A DNA stretch of 64,000 nt, from NCBI GenBank assembly GCA_938005745.1, contig CALLMM010000005.1, positions 33,895-97,894 on the forward strand, read 5' to 3'. The notes below the pieces were generated by a model. The model did not search any database and was not told where the DNA came from. It saw only the letters and a program-made list of their open reading frames with translations. How positions within the stretch are numbered: position 1 is the first letter of the stretch; each line of letters starts with the position of its first letter. A program made the position numbers and the translations under genes. Positions 46,595 to 55,104 of the stretch are shown here, in pieces. The DNA is from an uncultured Chthonomonadales bacterium (GTDB lineage: Bacteria > Armatimonadota > Chthonomonadetes > Chthonomonadales > CAJBBX01).

Positions 46595-47779
46595 ATGAGA
46601 ATGCTGTTTGACTCTATACAGGAGCAGTATCGAAAACTAAAAGAGAATGATGCGTTCGGCGTGCTGCTGCACCCGAAGGTGGTGAAGAACTACCTGCTCT
46701 ACCAGAAAGAGTTCAAAGAGCAGCCCCTCGAGATGAAGAGCCAGCCCCCGAACATCGAAATCGAGATGACCAACCGGTGCAATCTCGCCTGCGTGCAGTG
46801 CCTGCGTTCGGTCGGCTTGAAGCCCTACAAGCTCGGCGATATGGATCCGGAGAACTACAAACGGATCCTGGCTCAGTTTCCGTATGCGATGCACATCTCG
46901 CTCAACGGCTTCGGTGAGCCGACGATGTACCGTCACTTCTTCGATATCGTCGCCTATACCCGACAGGAGCGTCCCTGGGCGAAGATCACCATCTACACCA
47001 ACGGGCAGTTGATAGATGAGGCGATGGCGCAGCGTATCATCGAGAGCGGTCTGACGGAGGTCAACATCAGCATTGACGCGGCGCGTCCGGAGACCTATCG
47101 GCGCGTTCGACGCGGCGGGAAGCTGGAGCCGCTGCATGACAACATCCGCCGGCTGGTGCGGATGCGCCGGGAGGCTGGCGCGCGGCTTCCGATGATCGGG
47201 CTGAACTACGTGATGGTGAACGACAACGAGGGCGAACTGGTACCCTTTGTCGAGCAGGCGGCGGAGTTTGGCGTGGACTTCATCAACTGCATCTCCTGGG
47301 CGGCTTACGACTGGGGCTTCAAGAACCGACGCACCCGCGAGTCCTATCTTCGGGAGCTGGAGGCGGGAAAGCAGCGAATTGACGAACTGGGCATTCGCTG
47401 CCGCTCCTTCCCGGACATCAGCACCCGCTGGACCGACCCGACCAAGCCCTTCTTCTGCGACTTCTACTGGGGCGAGCAGTTTCGCGTCACCTACAACGGC
47501 GATATTACGCTGGGCTGCTGCACGCCCTTCGCCGAGACCTACTCCTACGGCAATCTGCTGGAGCAGGACTTCTGGGAGATCTGGAACGGTCCGAAGTTCC
47601 GCAAGAACCGCGAGATGGCAAAGCGGAACATCGCGCCCAACAGAACCTGCGCCTCCTGCGATATGTTCTGTAAGAGCTTCTTCTCGACGGCGGAGGGAGG
47701 CGGTTCACCCGCCGTTATACCCCTGTCTCCCGCCGGCGCGATGGCTCCGGGAGTCGTCGAAGAGAAGCTGACCGCCTGA
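46595..47779 (+). CDS. Radical SAM protein with C-terminal SPASM domain
   Basis: 394 aa. EMTNRCNLACVQC (CxxxCxxC), GFGEP, C-terminal cysteine clusters (FFCDF...LGCCTPF...CASCDMFC). Confidence 0.85.
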   Translation: MRMLFDSIQEQYRKLKENDAFGVLLHPKVVKNYLLYQKEFKEQPLEMKSQPPNIEIEMTNRCNLACVQCLRSVGLKPYKLGDMDPENYKRILAQFPYAMHISLNGFGEPTMYRHFFDIVAYTRQERPWAKITIYTNGQLIDEAMAQRIIESGLTEVNISIDAARPETYRRVRRGGKLEPLHDNIRRLVRMRREAGARLPMIGLNYVMVNDNEGELVPFVEQAAEFGVDFINCISWAAYDWGFKNRRTRESYLRELEAGKQRIDELGIRCRSFPDISTRWTDPTKPFFCDFYWGEQFRVTYNGDITLGCCTPFAETYSYGNLLEQDFWEIWNGPKFRKNREMAKRNIAPNRTCASCDMFCKSFFSTAEGGGSPAVIPLSPAGAMAPGVVEEKLTA

Positions 47780-47808
47780 ACCGGCAGATCGCAGACTGTC
47801 TGCTTTGA

Positions 47809-47928
47809 GATTGCTTCGGTCGGCTTGCGCCTCCCTCGCAATGACAGCAGGGGGAGCGGTTTCGCCTCCCTCGCAATGACAGTTTGGGACGCCCTCAACC
47901 TGTCATCGCGCGTGTCAGCGAAGCAATC
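47809..47928. repeat. Composite REP/MITE-like intergenic element, copy B
   Basis: Left arm GATTGCTTCGGTCGGCTTGCGCCTCCCTCGCAATGACAG. The CTCCCTCGCAATGACAG unit occurs twice (starts 47831, 47866). Degenerate inverted right arm CTGTCATCGCGCGTGTCAGCGAAGCAATC. Confidence 0.8.
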
Positions 47929-48034
47929 TAAAACCTCATTCTGCAATTGACGACCGCCACGATACCTCGTATACTGTCTGCATGAACGCTGCCCCACATG
48001 AAAACGTCTCCTGCGTTCGGCGGAGGCGCGGCTG

Positions 48035-48847
48035 ATGGACTCCATGCTGCGACCGGTTGAGATGACGCGCTGGGAGGGGGAGAGCGCACAGCGCCGTCAG
48101 GACCTGCTGGTGGTGGAGGAGCCGCTGGAGATTCGCGCCAACGATCTCAGTCTGGTCATCACCATGCGCACGCCCGGACAGGACGACGCGCTGGCGGTCG
48201 GATTTCTCGTGACGGAGGGAATCCTGCGTTCTCCGGATGACCTCTACGACATCACGCAGTGCGCCGACCCTGAAAATCCGGATCTGCGCAACACGATCAC
48301 CGTCTATCTGCCCCCGGAGCGAATCGGCGAAGACCTGCAGACAGGTCGTCAGCGCTACGCCAGTTCAAGCTGCGGACTGTGCGGCAGGGCGACCATCCAG
48401 ATGATGCGCGCCGCCGCCGAGCCGTTTGCCACGCTGTCTCCACTCTCCGCCGCCGTCATTCGGTCTCTCCCGGATCGTCTGCGCGCCGGTCAGCGGGTCT
48501 TTGAGCGCACCGGCGGTCTGCATGCGGCGGGACTGTTCGACCGCGACGGCAGGCTGCTGTTTGTGGAGGAGGACATCGGGCGGCATAACGCGGTGGATAA
48601 GCTGATCGGGCGCGCGCTGCTGGAAGGACGCCGGTCGCTGGAGGAGACGCTGATGATGGTCAGCGGACGCGCCGGGTTTGAGATCGTACAGAAGGCTCTC
48701 ATGGCGCGTATTCCGGTGGTCTGTTCGGTCTCTGCGCCTTCGAGCCTCGCCGCCGACCTCGCCCGCGAGACGGGAATGGTCCTGATCGGTTTCCTGCGCG
48801 GCGATACCATGAATATCTACTCCGGCGCAGAGTATATCATAGACTGA
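48035..48847 (+). CDS. fdhD: Formate dehydrogenase accessory sulfurtransferase FdhD
   Basis: 270 aa. SSCGLCG active-site loop, GGLHAAG, DIGRHNAVDK. Confidence 0.9.
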   Translation: MDSMLRPVEMTRWEGESAQRRQDLLVVEEPLEIRANDLSLVITMRTPGQDDALAVGFLVTEGILRSPDDLYDITQCADPENPDLRNTITVYLPPERIGEDLQTGRQRYASSSCGLCGRATIQMMRAAAEPFATLSPLSAAVIRSLPDRLRAGQRVFERTGGLHAAGLFDRDGRLLFVEEDIGRHNAVDKLIGRALLEGRRSLEETLMMVSGRAGFEIVQKALMARIPVVCSVSAPSSLAADLARETGMVLIGFLRGDTMNIYSGAEYIID

Positions 48848-48890
48848 TCCGCCTCGTGTCTCTCTTCTCACGAAAGGGAGTTCCAGCGAT

Positions 48891-50390
48891 ATGAAGCCGT
48901 TCTCCTCTACTAACTCCTCTGTCCGCCCGAAGCCTCTGCAAAGCGCCGCCTGGCGGGCTGCGTGGATTCTGCTGCTGTGTCTGACCGCTTCGCCTCTCTT
49001 TGCGCGGGAGGGCGCGCGCGAGAGACAGGCGACGCTGTCGGAGCATTGCGAGCGCATCCTGTCCGATCCAGGTCTGAAGGGCGGCTTTCAGGGGGTCTCT
49101 ATTGTGTCGCTGCGGGACGGGCGTACTCTGTATGCGCACAATGAGGATACACTGTTTCTGCCCGCCTCCAGCCAGAAGCTCATCACCTCCGCCGCCGCGC
49201 TCGACGCGCTCGGTCCGGACTGGCGGTATGTGACGCGGGTACTGCGCGCCGGCACGGTGGACCCGGACGGAACGCTGCAGGGCGATCTCTACCTTCAGGG
49301 ATCGGGAGATCCTCTGCTGGAGACAGCGGACCTGGATGCGCTGGCGCAGGCGGTGAAACGGGCGGGAATCCGGCGAGTTCGGGGCTGGGTCTTCGGCGAC
49401 GGCAGTCGTTTCGACCGTCAGCGGTACGGACCGGGCTGGGAGTGGGACGATATGCCTTTCTACTACGCCGCCCCGGTCAGCGGTCTTAACCTCAACAAGA
49501 ACCTGGTGCGGGTGGAGGTGAAGCCGGGGATGCGTGTCGGCGATCCGGTGCAGGTCGTGGTGGAGCCGGAGACGATGCGCGTGCTGGTCTCCGTGCGCGC
49601 CAGGACGGGAGAGAAGGGGACTTCCTCCACGCTGACGATCGGTCGGGAGACCGGCAGGAGCGTGATCACGGTGGAGGGAACGCTGGCGATAGACGCGCAG
49701 CCCGGAGCGCAGACCTCGCAGGCGGTGACGGTGGAGGAGCCGGCTCTCTATGCGGCGGAGCTGTTCCACCAACGCCTGAAGGCGGCGGGAGTGGCGGTAG
49801 AGGGGCTGTCCGGCGAAGGCGTAACGCCCGTCGGGGCGGCGGAGATCGCCCGGCATGAGAGCCTTCCGCTCTCCGCGCTGCTCGCGCGTCTCAATAAACC
49901 CAGCGATAATCTAGTGGCGGAGTGTCTGCTGAAGACGCTGGCGGCGGAGAGGACCGGACAGGGCAGCTGGAGCAACGGGCGCAGGCTGGCGACGGAGCGG
50001 CTGATCGGCATGGGTCTGCCGTCAGACGGCTTTCGTATTGCGGACGGCTCCGGGCTTTCCCGTCACAACTATCTGTCGGCGCGCAGTATGACGCGGCTGC
50101 TGGAGGCGATGTATCGGCGCCCCGATGGCAAAGCGTTCATTGACTCTCTGCCGATTGCGGGAGTGGATGGTACGCTGCGGAACCGGATGCGGGAGACGCC
50201 CGCCGCCGGAAACTGCCGTGCCAAGACCGGAACCATGTCCAGCGTCAGCAGTCTGTGCGGCTATGTCGTCACGAAGCGGGGCGAAACGCTGGCATTTGCG
50301 ATCCTGATGAATAACCATCCCTCCAACGAGCAGGCGCGGATCGCGCAGGACAGGATCGCTGCGCTGCTGGCGGAATGGGATGAAAAATAG
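48891..50390 (+). CDS. dacB: D-alanyl-D-alanine carboxypeptidase/endopeptidase (PBP4, peptidase S13)
   Basis: Signal peptide. PASSQKL (SxxK), DGSGLS (SxN-like), KTGT motif. Confidence 0.88.
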   Translation: MKPFSSTNSSVRPKPLQSAAWRAAWILLLCLTASPLFAREGARERQATLSEHCERILSDPGLKGGFQGVSIVSLRDGRTLYAHNEDTLFLPASSQKLITSAAALDALGPDWRYVTRVLRAGTVDPDGTLQGDLYLQGSGDPLLETADLDALAQAVKRAGIRRVRGWVFGDGSRFDRQRYGPGWEWDDMPFYYAAPVSGLNLNKNLVRVEVKPGMRVGDPVQVVVEPETMRVLVSVRARTGEKGTSSTLTIGRETGRSVITVEGTLAIDAQPGAQTSQAVTVEEPALYAAELFHQRLKAAGVAVEGLSGEGVTPVGAAEIARHESLPLSALLARLNKPSDNLVAECLLKTLAAERTGQGSWSNGRRLATERLIGMGLPSDGFRIADGSGLSRHNYLSARSMTRLLEAMYRRPDGKAFIDSLPIAGVDGTLRNRMRETPAAGNCRAKTGTMSSVSSLCGYVVTKRGETLAFAILMNNHPSNEQARIAQDRIAALLAEWDEK

Positions 50391-50424
50391 CCGATCCAGA
50401 AGAGAGGAAGGGGAGACGCCGTCC

Positions 50425-51507
50425 ATGATTCGCGCAGCCGTCATACCGGAGCCGCATCAGCCGATCGAGATCCGCACATTTCCGGAGCCGGAGATCGAGC
50501 CGGGGGCAGTGATACTGAAGACGCTGGCTTCGGAGGTATGCGGAACCGATGTGCATCTGTGGCACGGGCGGCTCTCCGGCGTCCCCTATCCGCTGCTGCC
50601 GGGGCATGTCAGCGTGGGCGAGGTGGCGGCGACAGGAGGAGAGGTTACGGACATCGAAGGCGCGACGGTGCGCGTCGGCGATATCGTTACCTTTCTGGAC
50701 GTGCACGAGACCTGCCACCACTGCTGGTACTGTCTGGTCGGGCGCGCCACGACCCGTTGTCCGAAACGCCGTGTCTACGGCATCACCTACGGGGCGGAGG
50801 AGGGGCTGCTCGGCGGCTGGTCGGAGCGAATCTATCTGAAGCCCGGCGTGAAGATCGTCCGGCTCAGGCAGGGAGTTACGCCGGAGCTGTGGATCGCGGG
50901 AGGGTGCGGACTGCCGACCGCCCTGCATGCGGTAGACCTGGCGCAGATACGCCTTGGGGATCGGGTTGTCATTCAGGGAGCGGGTCCGGTCGGGCTGAAC
51001 GCCTGCGCGCTGGCGCTGGCGAGCGGCGCGGGATGGGTCGGCGTGGTGGACGCGGCGGCGCATCGGCTGGAGGCGGCGAAGGCGATGGGCGCGGACGCCT
51101 GCATCGCGCTGGAGGACGACCCTGTGCGGGCGGTGCGCGCCGCGACGGAGGGACGGGGCGCGGATGTAACGGTCGAGGCGAGCGGAAATCCCGCCGCCGT
51201 CGCGCAGGGGTGCGAGATGACCAGAGACGGCGGTCGTTATATCGTCGTCGGGCAGTACACCGACAACGGTCCCGCCGAGATCAATCCGCATCTGCATCTC
51301 AACCGAAAGCATCTGAGCCTGCAGGGATGCTGGGGTTCCGACTTCTCCCACTTCTGGCGCGCCATGGAGATACTCTCCCGGTTTCACGCGCGCTATCCCT
51401 GGGAGCGGATCGTCTCGCGCCGCTATACGCTGACCGAGATTCCGGATGCGCTGTCGGATGTGGAGGCTCGGCGCGTCGTCAAGGCGGTGATCCTGCCGAA
51501 CGGATAA
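50425..51507 (+). CDS. Zinc-dependent alcohol dehydrogenase family oxidoreductase (MDR)
   Basis: Start trimmed to MIRAAVIPEP. CGTDVH, GHVSVGEV, structural-zinc CHHCWYCLVGRATTC, Rossmann GAGPVG. Confidence 0.85.
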   Translation: MIRAAVIPEPHQPIEIRTFPEPEIEPGAVILKTLASEVCGTDVHLWHGRLSGVPYPLLPGHVSVGEVAATGGEVTDIEGATVRVGDIVTFLDVHETCHHCWYCLVGRATTRCPKRRVYGITYGAEEGLLGGWSERIYLKPGVKIVRLRQGVTPELWIAGGCGLPTALHAVDLAQIRLGDRVVIQGAGPVGLNACALALASGAGWVGVVDAAAHRLEAAKAMGADACIALEDDPVRAVRAATEGRGADVTVEASGNPAAVAQGCEMTRDGGRYIVVGQYTDNGPAEINPHLHLNRKHLSLQGCWGSDFSHFWRAMEILSRFHARYPWERIVSRRYTLTEIPDALSDVEARRVVKAVILPNG

Positions 51508-51712
51508 TCTTCCGGGTTTTCAGAAAAAGGATAGAGATTATGGTGAAACTATCCATAATCGAATACGTCCAATAGATTAGAGGGAAACCTTACGTCCCAT
51601 TTCCGGGTTTAATGCATAAGAGTTATCCGTTCGGGAGCGCGCCGCGTCGCCGCTCTCGCGTTTTGCCACACAACCCGAAAGGTTGGCTGCCTGCACTGAA
51701 GGAGGTGTCAGG

Positions 51713-51955
51713 ATGGCAGTGGAAGATGCCTATCAAACTCGGATGGTACAGCATGAGTTGAGCCGCCGCTGTGTAGACATGTCACTGGTGGATGTGCGCG
51801 TGATTCACGGGGTCTGCTATCTGCGCGGAGTCATGAAGCGCCTGCGCTCTCATCCGGAGGTGGATCTGGAGCATGAGGCGGAGGTGATCCGCAAGATCCT
51901 GCGTCAGCGCGTCGGTATCCGCGATGTGGTCTGGGAGGTTCAAACGAAACAGTAG
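51713..51955 (+). CDS. Small BON-like domain protein
   Basis: GAAGGAGGT Shine-Dalgarno 6 nt before the ATG at 51713. VDVRVIHGVCYLRGVM...GIRDVVWEV resembles a BON domain. Confidence 0.5.
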   Translation: MAVEDAYQTRMVQHELSRRCVDMSLVDVRVIHGVCYLRGVMKRLRSHPEVDLEHEAEVIRKILRQRVGIRDVVWEVQTKQ

Positions 51956-52151
51956 AGGGCGGAAGAGATACCCGCAAACTCGCTCCCGGCAGACAGGACC
52001 ACAGACCCGATTCCCTTGATCGCAATCATCCATTCCAGAGCCGTCGGCAAGAGCGTGTGATTTGGGGGCAGCCTGTTCAACCTTCTCTGCGTTATGACAG
52101 CGCGCACGTCGGGGCGGGGCATGGTCTCCAGAAAGCGGCAGGAGCCATGTA

Positions 52152-52180
52152 TTGACAGATATGCGGTCTGCGCCTATAAT
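52152..52180 (+). promoter_or_regulatory. Consensus sigma-70 promoter of the TetR-family gene
   Basis: TTGACA (52152-52157), 17-nt spacer, TATAAT (52175-52180). Followed by ATGACT...AGTCAT inverted repeat. Confidence 0.6.
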
Positions 52181-52224
52181 GACTGAAAAACTAGATTGGT
52201 CAAAAGTCATAACCCCCACCGCAT

Positions 52225-52830
52225 ATGAAAAGTACGACGCTGCGCCAGGACGTTCGCGATTCGATACTGGATGCCGCTGAGCGGCTGTTCCGGCGATATG
52301 GCTATAAGAAGACGACCATAGACGATCTGGCGCGGGAAGCCGGGATCGGCAAGGGAACCGTCTATCTCTATTTTGACAGCAAGGAGAGCGTGGCGCTCTC
52401 GGTGGTTGATCTGGAGTTTGATCGCATCCGGGACCGGCTGCAGAGGATCGGTCGTTCGCGCGGACAGCCCGCCGCCCGGCTCCGTCAGATGCTGGTAGAG
52501 CGTGTGATGCTGCGTTTTGATGTGGCAGCAGGCTACTCGCAGACTCTCGACGAGGTGTTCAGCAGCGTTCGCATTCCGTTCCTGGAGCGTCGGGAACAGT
52601 TTTTAAAGATCGAAGCGCAGGTCTGTGCGGAGGTTCTACTGGATGGCAGACAGCGGGAGATCTTTGAGTTTGAGGATGCTCTAGAAACCGCCATGCTGCT
52701 GATGCGCGCAACCGGTTCGCTGCTTCCTCTGACGCTGACCCCGCATCAGATGAGCCGCCGTGAAGAGATACAGGAGACCGCCGGACAGATCGCGGACCTG
52801 CTGCTTCGCGGTCTGCTGAAACGCGGTTAA
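52225..52830 (+). CDS. TetR/AcrR family transcriptional regulator
   Basis: N-terminal HTH (ILDAAERLFRRYGYKKTTIDDLAREAGIGKGTVYLYF). Confidence 0.88.
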   Translation: MKSTTLRQDVRDSILDAAERLFRRYGYKKTTIDDLAREAGIGKGTVYLYFDSKESVALSVVDLEFDRIRDRLQRIGRSRGQPAARLRQMLVERVMLRFDVAAGYSQTLDEVFSSVRIPFLERREQFLKIEAQVCAEVLLDGRQREIFEFEDALETAMLLMRATGSLLPLTLTPHQMSRREEIQETAGQIADLLLRGLLKRG

Positions 52831-52940
52831 CACATATGGACGGTGATCCGCTTCAGAGGCGCGGGGTCTGATCGCCGCATTCATACCTGCCCGTTTTTAT
52901 GACTGGTTGACCGTTTCGGTCATCAGTCAGCAAAGGAGAC

Positions 52941-53582
52941 ATGCCCATGCTACACGACATGGTCCCCCCGGAGAACGAGAATGGCTGCGCCCGGCAGCAG
53001 GAGTTCGAGGCGCTCTATCGTAGAAACCGGCAGAGAGCCTACAACCTCGCCTATCGCCTGCTGGGTAACCGCGCGGAAGCCGAGGACGTTGCGCAGGACG
53101 CCTTCGTGCGCGCATGGCACAGTTTTGCTCAGTACGACCGCGCGCGACCGTTTGAGAGCTGGCTGATGCGGATCGTCACCAATCTGGTGATTGACCGGCG
53201 CCGCCGCCAGAAGCGGGTGAACATCTGTTCGCTGGACGCTCCCGCCGCCTCCGGCACGGACGGCTCCTCCATGTTGCTGGAGCTTCCGGACTCCTCGCGG
53301 GAGCCGGAGAGCCTGCTGATGGCGGGCACCTATGAGGAGTCGCTGCAGCAGGCGCTGTCGTTGCTGCCTCCCCGCTATCGCGAGCCGGTGCTGCTGGCGG
53401 ATGTAGAGGAGCTGTCCTATGAGGAGATCGCCGCGCTCCTCAACTGTCCGGTCGGCACGGTTCGCTCCCGGATCCATCGCGCCCGTCTGATGCTGCGCGA
53501 TACGCTGATGGGCAACGCCTCCCGGCGTCGCAGGAAGGGAGGCGCGGTCAGCCATAGCGCGGCGTCCCCGGTGCGCGCATAA
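52941..53582 (+). CDS. ECF-type RNA polymerase sigma-70 family factor
   Basis: Region 2 (AEDVAQDAFVRAW...FESWLMRIVTNLVIDRRR) and region 4 (LSYEEIAALLNCPVGTVRSRIHRAR). AAGGAG Shine-Dalgarno. Confidence 0.88.
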   Translation: MPMLHDMVPPENENGCARQQEFEALYRRNRQRAYNLAYRLLGNRAEAEDVAQDAFVRAWHSFAQYDRARPFESWLMRIVTNLVIDRRRRQKRVNICSLDAPAASGTDGSSMLLELPDSSREPESLLMAGTYEESLQQALSLLPPRYREPVLLADVEELSYEEIAALLNCPVGTVRSRIHRARLMLRDTLMGNASRRRRKGGAVSHSAASPVRA

Positions 53583-53966
53583 CGCAGAGCCGCCTGTCAG
53601 AACGGCGCGGATCGCCGCTTATCCCTCATGAGAGAGCGAAAAAGCCCATTTTGAACTGAATTTTCTCTGGTACCAGAAGTCACATCCGCCCGAAATTCGT
53701 GTCGTGGTCTGCTCCAGGGATAGGGCAGTTCTGTCATCCTTTGCGGCAGAGGGTGGGGTAAGGAAGCTTCTTTCGAAAGGCGAGTTTTGGGGAGTCCGGA
53801 AGGATGAAATGGTCTCCCCAAAAACTGCCCCCTAGGCTGTCCCCCCTCTGGCGCAAGGAGGTCTATAGCGCCACTCCGGCTGTGTCCGCCGAAAGGAGTG
53901 CTGCCCACTCCAGCGCTGAACCGCAACTCATCGGAGTGAGGGAATAGAAGTGAGGAGTAAGAGGCG

Positions 53967-54036
53967 CCCCTCTCTTCTCTCTCTCCTCTTCCCTCTCTTC
54001 CCCCAACGGAGGCGTTTTCTCTCCCCTCTCTTCTCT
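53967..54036. repeat. Polypyrimidine (CT-rich) low-complexity tract
   Basis: 38-nt pure C/T run (53967-54004) and a 22-nt C/T run (54015-54036), preceded by a purine-rich stretch GGAATAGAAGTGAGGAGTAAGAGG. Confidence 0.8.
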
Positions 54037-54135
54037 AGTGTGAAGGAATCCCCCCAAGGAACAGATAATCTCTCCTCTGTAGAAGAAGTGCGATTCCAAA
54101 AGGACGGTCGCACTGCTATATAACCGAGGGGAAAG

Positions 54136-55104
54136 ATGTATCCAGAGACCACAGACACTCGTGAAGATGCCCTCCCTTTCTCACTTCTGCCTTCGGTACC
54201 CTCCTTTGCCGGACATCAGACATTTCCTTTTCGATCTGGATGGCTTAAAAAAGGGTTAGATGCGCTGCAATCTCCTGAGTTGGGAGTAGGCGCGCTGTTT
54301 ACGCGCGAGGATGCTCTGACCATCCTAGGGGTCGGCAAGAATATGACGCAGAGTATTCGTCACTGGCTGCTGACAACACGCATGGCTTGCGAGCGAACTA
54401 CTGGGACAAGACGTACCCTTGAACCAACAGCTCTGGGGAAAGCGGTTTTTGGCTCTCCGGAAATGGAGGGTTTCGATCCCTATCTCGAAGATGACTCCAC
54501 GCTTTGGCTATTGCACTGGATGCTCACCGGACCGGGTAGTTTAGCTTTTACATGGGTATGGGCTTTCCACTTCTTTCGAGAATATGAATTCACCAGAGAG
54601 TCCTTAACTGACGCGATCTATAACGCTGCCCATAACCGTATCACGAAACCTCCCTCTCGTGAAACCGTTGGTCGTGATGTGCAGTGTTGCCTACACACAT
54701 ACATTACGACTGAGCCCAGCGCAGTTCTTGAAGATACCCTCGACCGTCCACTAAACGCCCTCAATCTGATTCTGCCAAGATACGCGATGCACTATCGGTT
54801 TCAGATTGGAGCCAAGCATACGCTGCCTACGGCGATATTCTGTTACGCCCTGTTGGAATTCTGGCAGTGGAAGCATCCTCGTGCAGATACGCTCTCCCTG
54901 TGGGAAATTGCACACGCACAAGGCAGCCCCGGCGTGGCGTTTAAGCTTGACGAAGACTCGGTTCTGGAGTACCTCGACGAGATTGAAATGACAACGCAGG
55001 GAGCCTGGAGATTCGAAGATACGGCGTTGGTACGGCAGGTGGTGCGCACGAGCCTGCAGCCACTCAACGGGCTACTTCTCTTGCAGAGACACTATCATGG
55101 ATAG
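54136..55104 (+). CDS. DUF4007-family protein (SspB-like component of phosphorothioation-type systems)
   Basis: 322 aa. N-terminal FAGHQTFPFRSGWLKKG motif that I recognise as the DUF4007 signature. GAGGGGAAAG Shine-Dalgarno. Its 3' end overlaps the next gene by 8 nt. Confidence 0.75.
   Translation: MYPETTDTREDALPFSLLPSVPSFAGHQTFPFRSGWLKKGLDALQSPELGVGALFTREDALTILGVGKNMTQSIRHWLLTTRMACERTTGTRRTLEPTALGKAVFGSPEMEGFDPYLEDDSTLWLLHWMLTGPGSLAFTWVWAFHFFREYEFTRESLTDAIYNAAHNRITKPPSRETVGRDVQCCLHTYITTEPSAVLEDTLDRPLNALNLILPRYAMHYRFQIGAKHTLPTAIFCYALLEFWQWKHPRADTLSLWEIAHAQGSPGVAFKLDEDSVLEYLDEIEMTTQGAWRFEDTALVRQVVRTSLQPLNGLLLLQRHYHG

Noticed and set aside
51508-51712. AT-rich spacer with TTATGG-N9-CCATAA inverted repeat after the ADH gene
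   Set aside because: A short 6-bp palindrome in AT-rich DNA is expected by chance, and there is no associated regulator gene.
53803-53946. 47-codon + strand ORF (MKWSPQKLPPRLSPLWRKEV...)
   Set aside because: The GGAAGG abuts the ATG with no spacing, the composition is low-complexity, and the ORF overlaps the inverted repeat. Not convincing as a gene.
53597-54158. Minus-strand ORFs 53597..53926, 53863..54099 and 53928..54158
   Set aside because: They translate the purine/pyrimidine low-complexity tracts (EEREEREKRG...). No start context and no coding-like composition. Treated as non-coding junction DNA.
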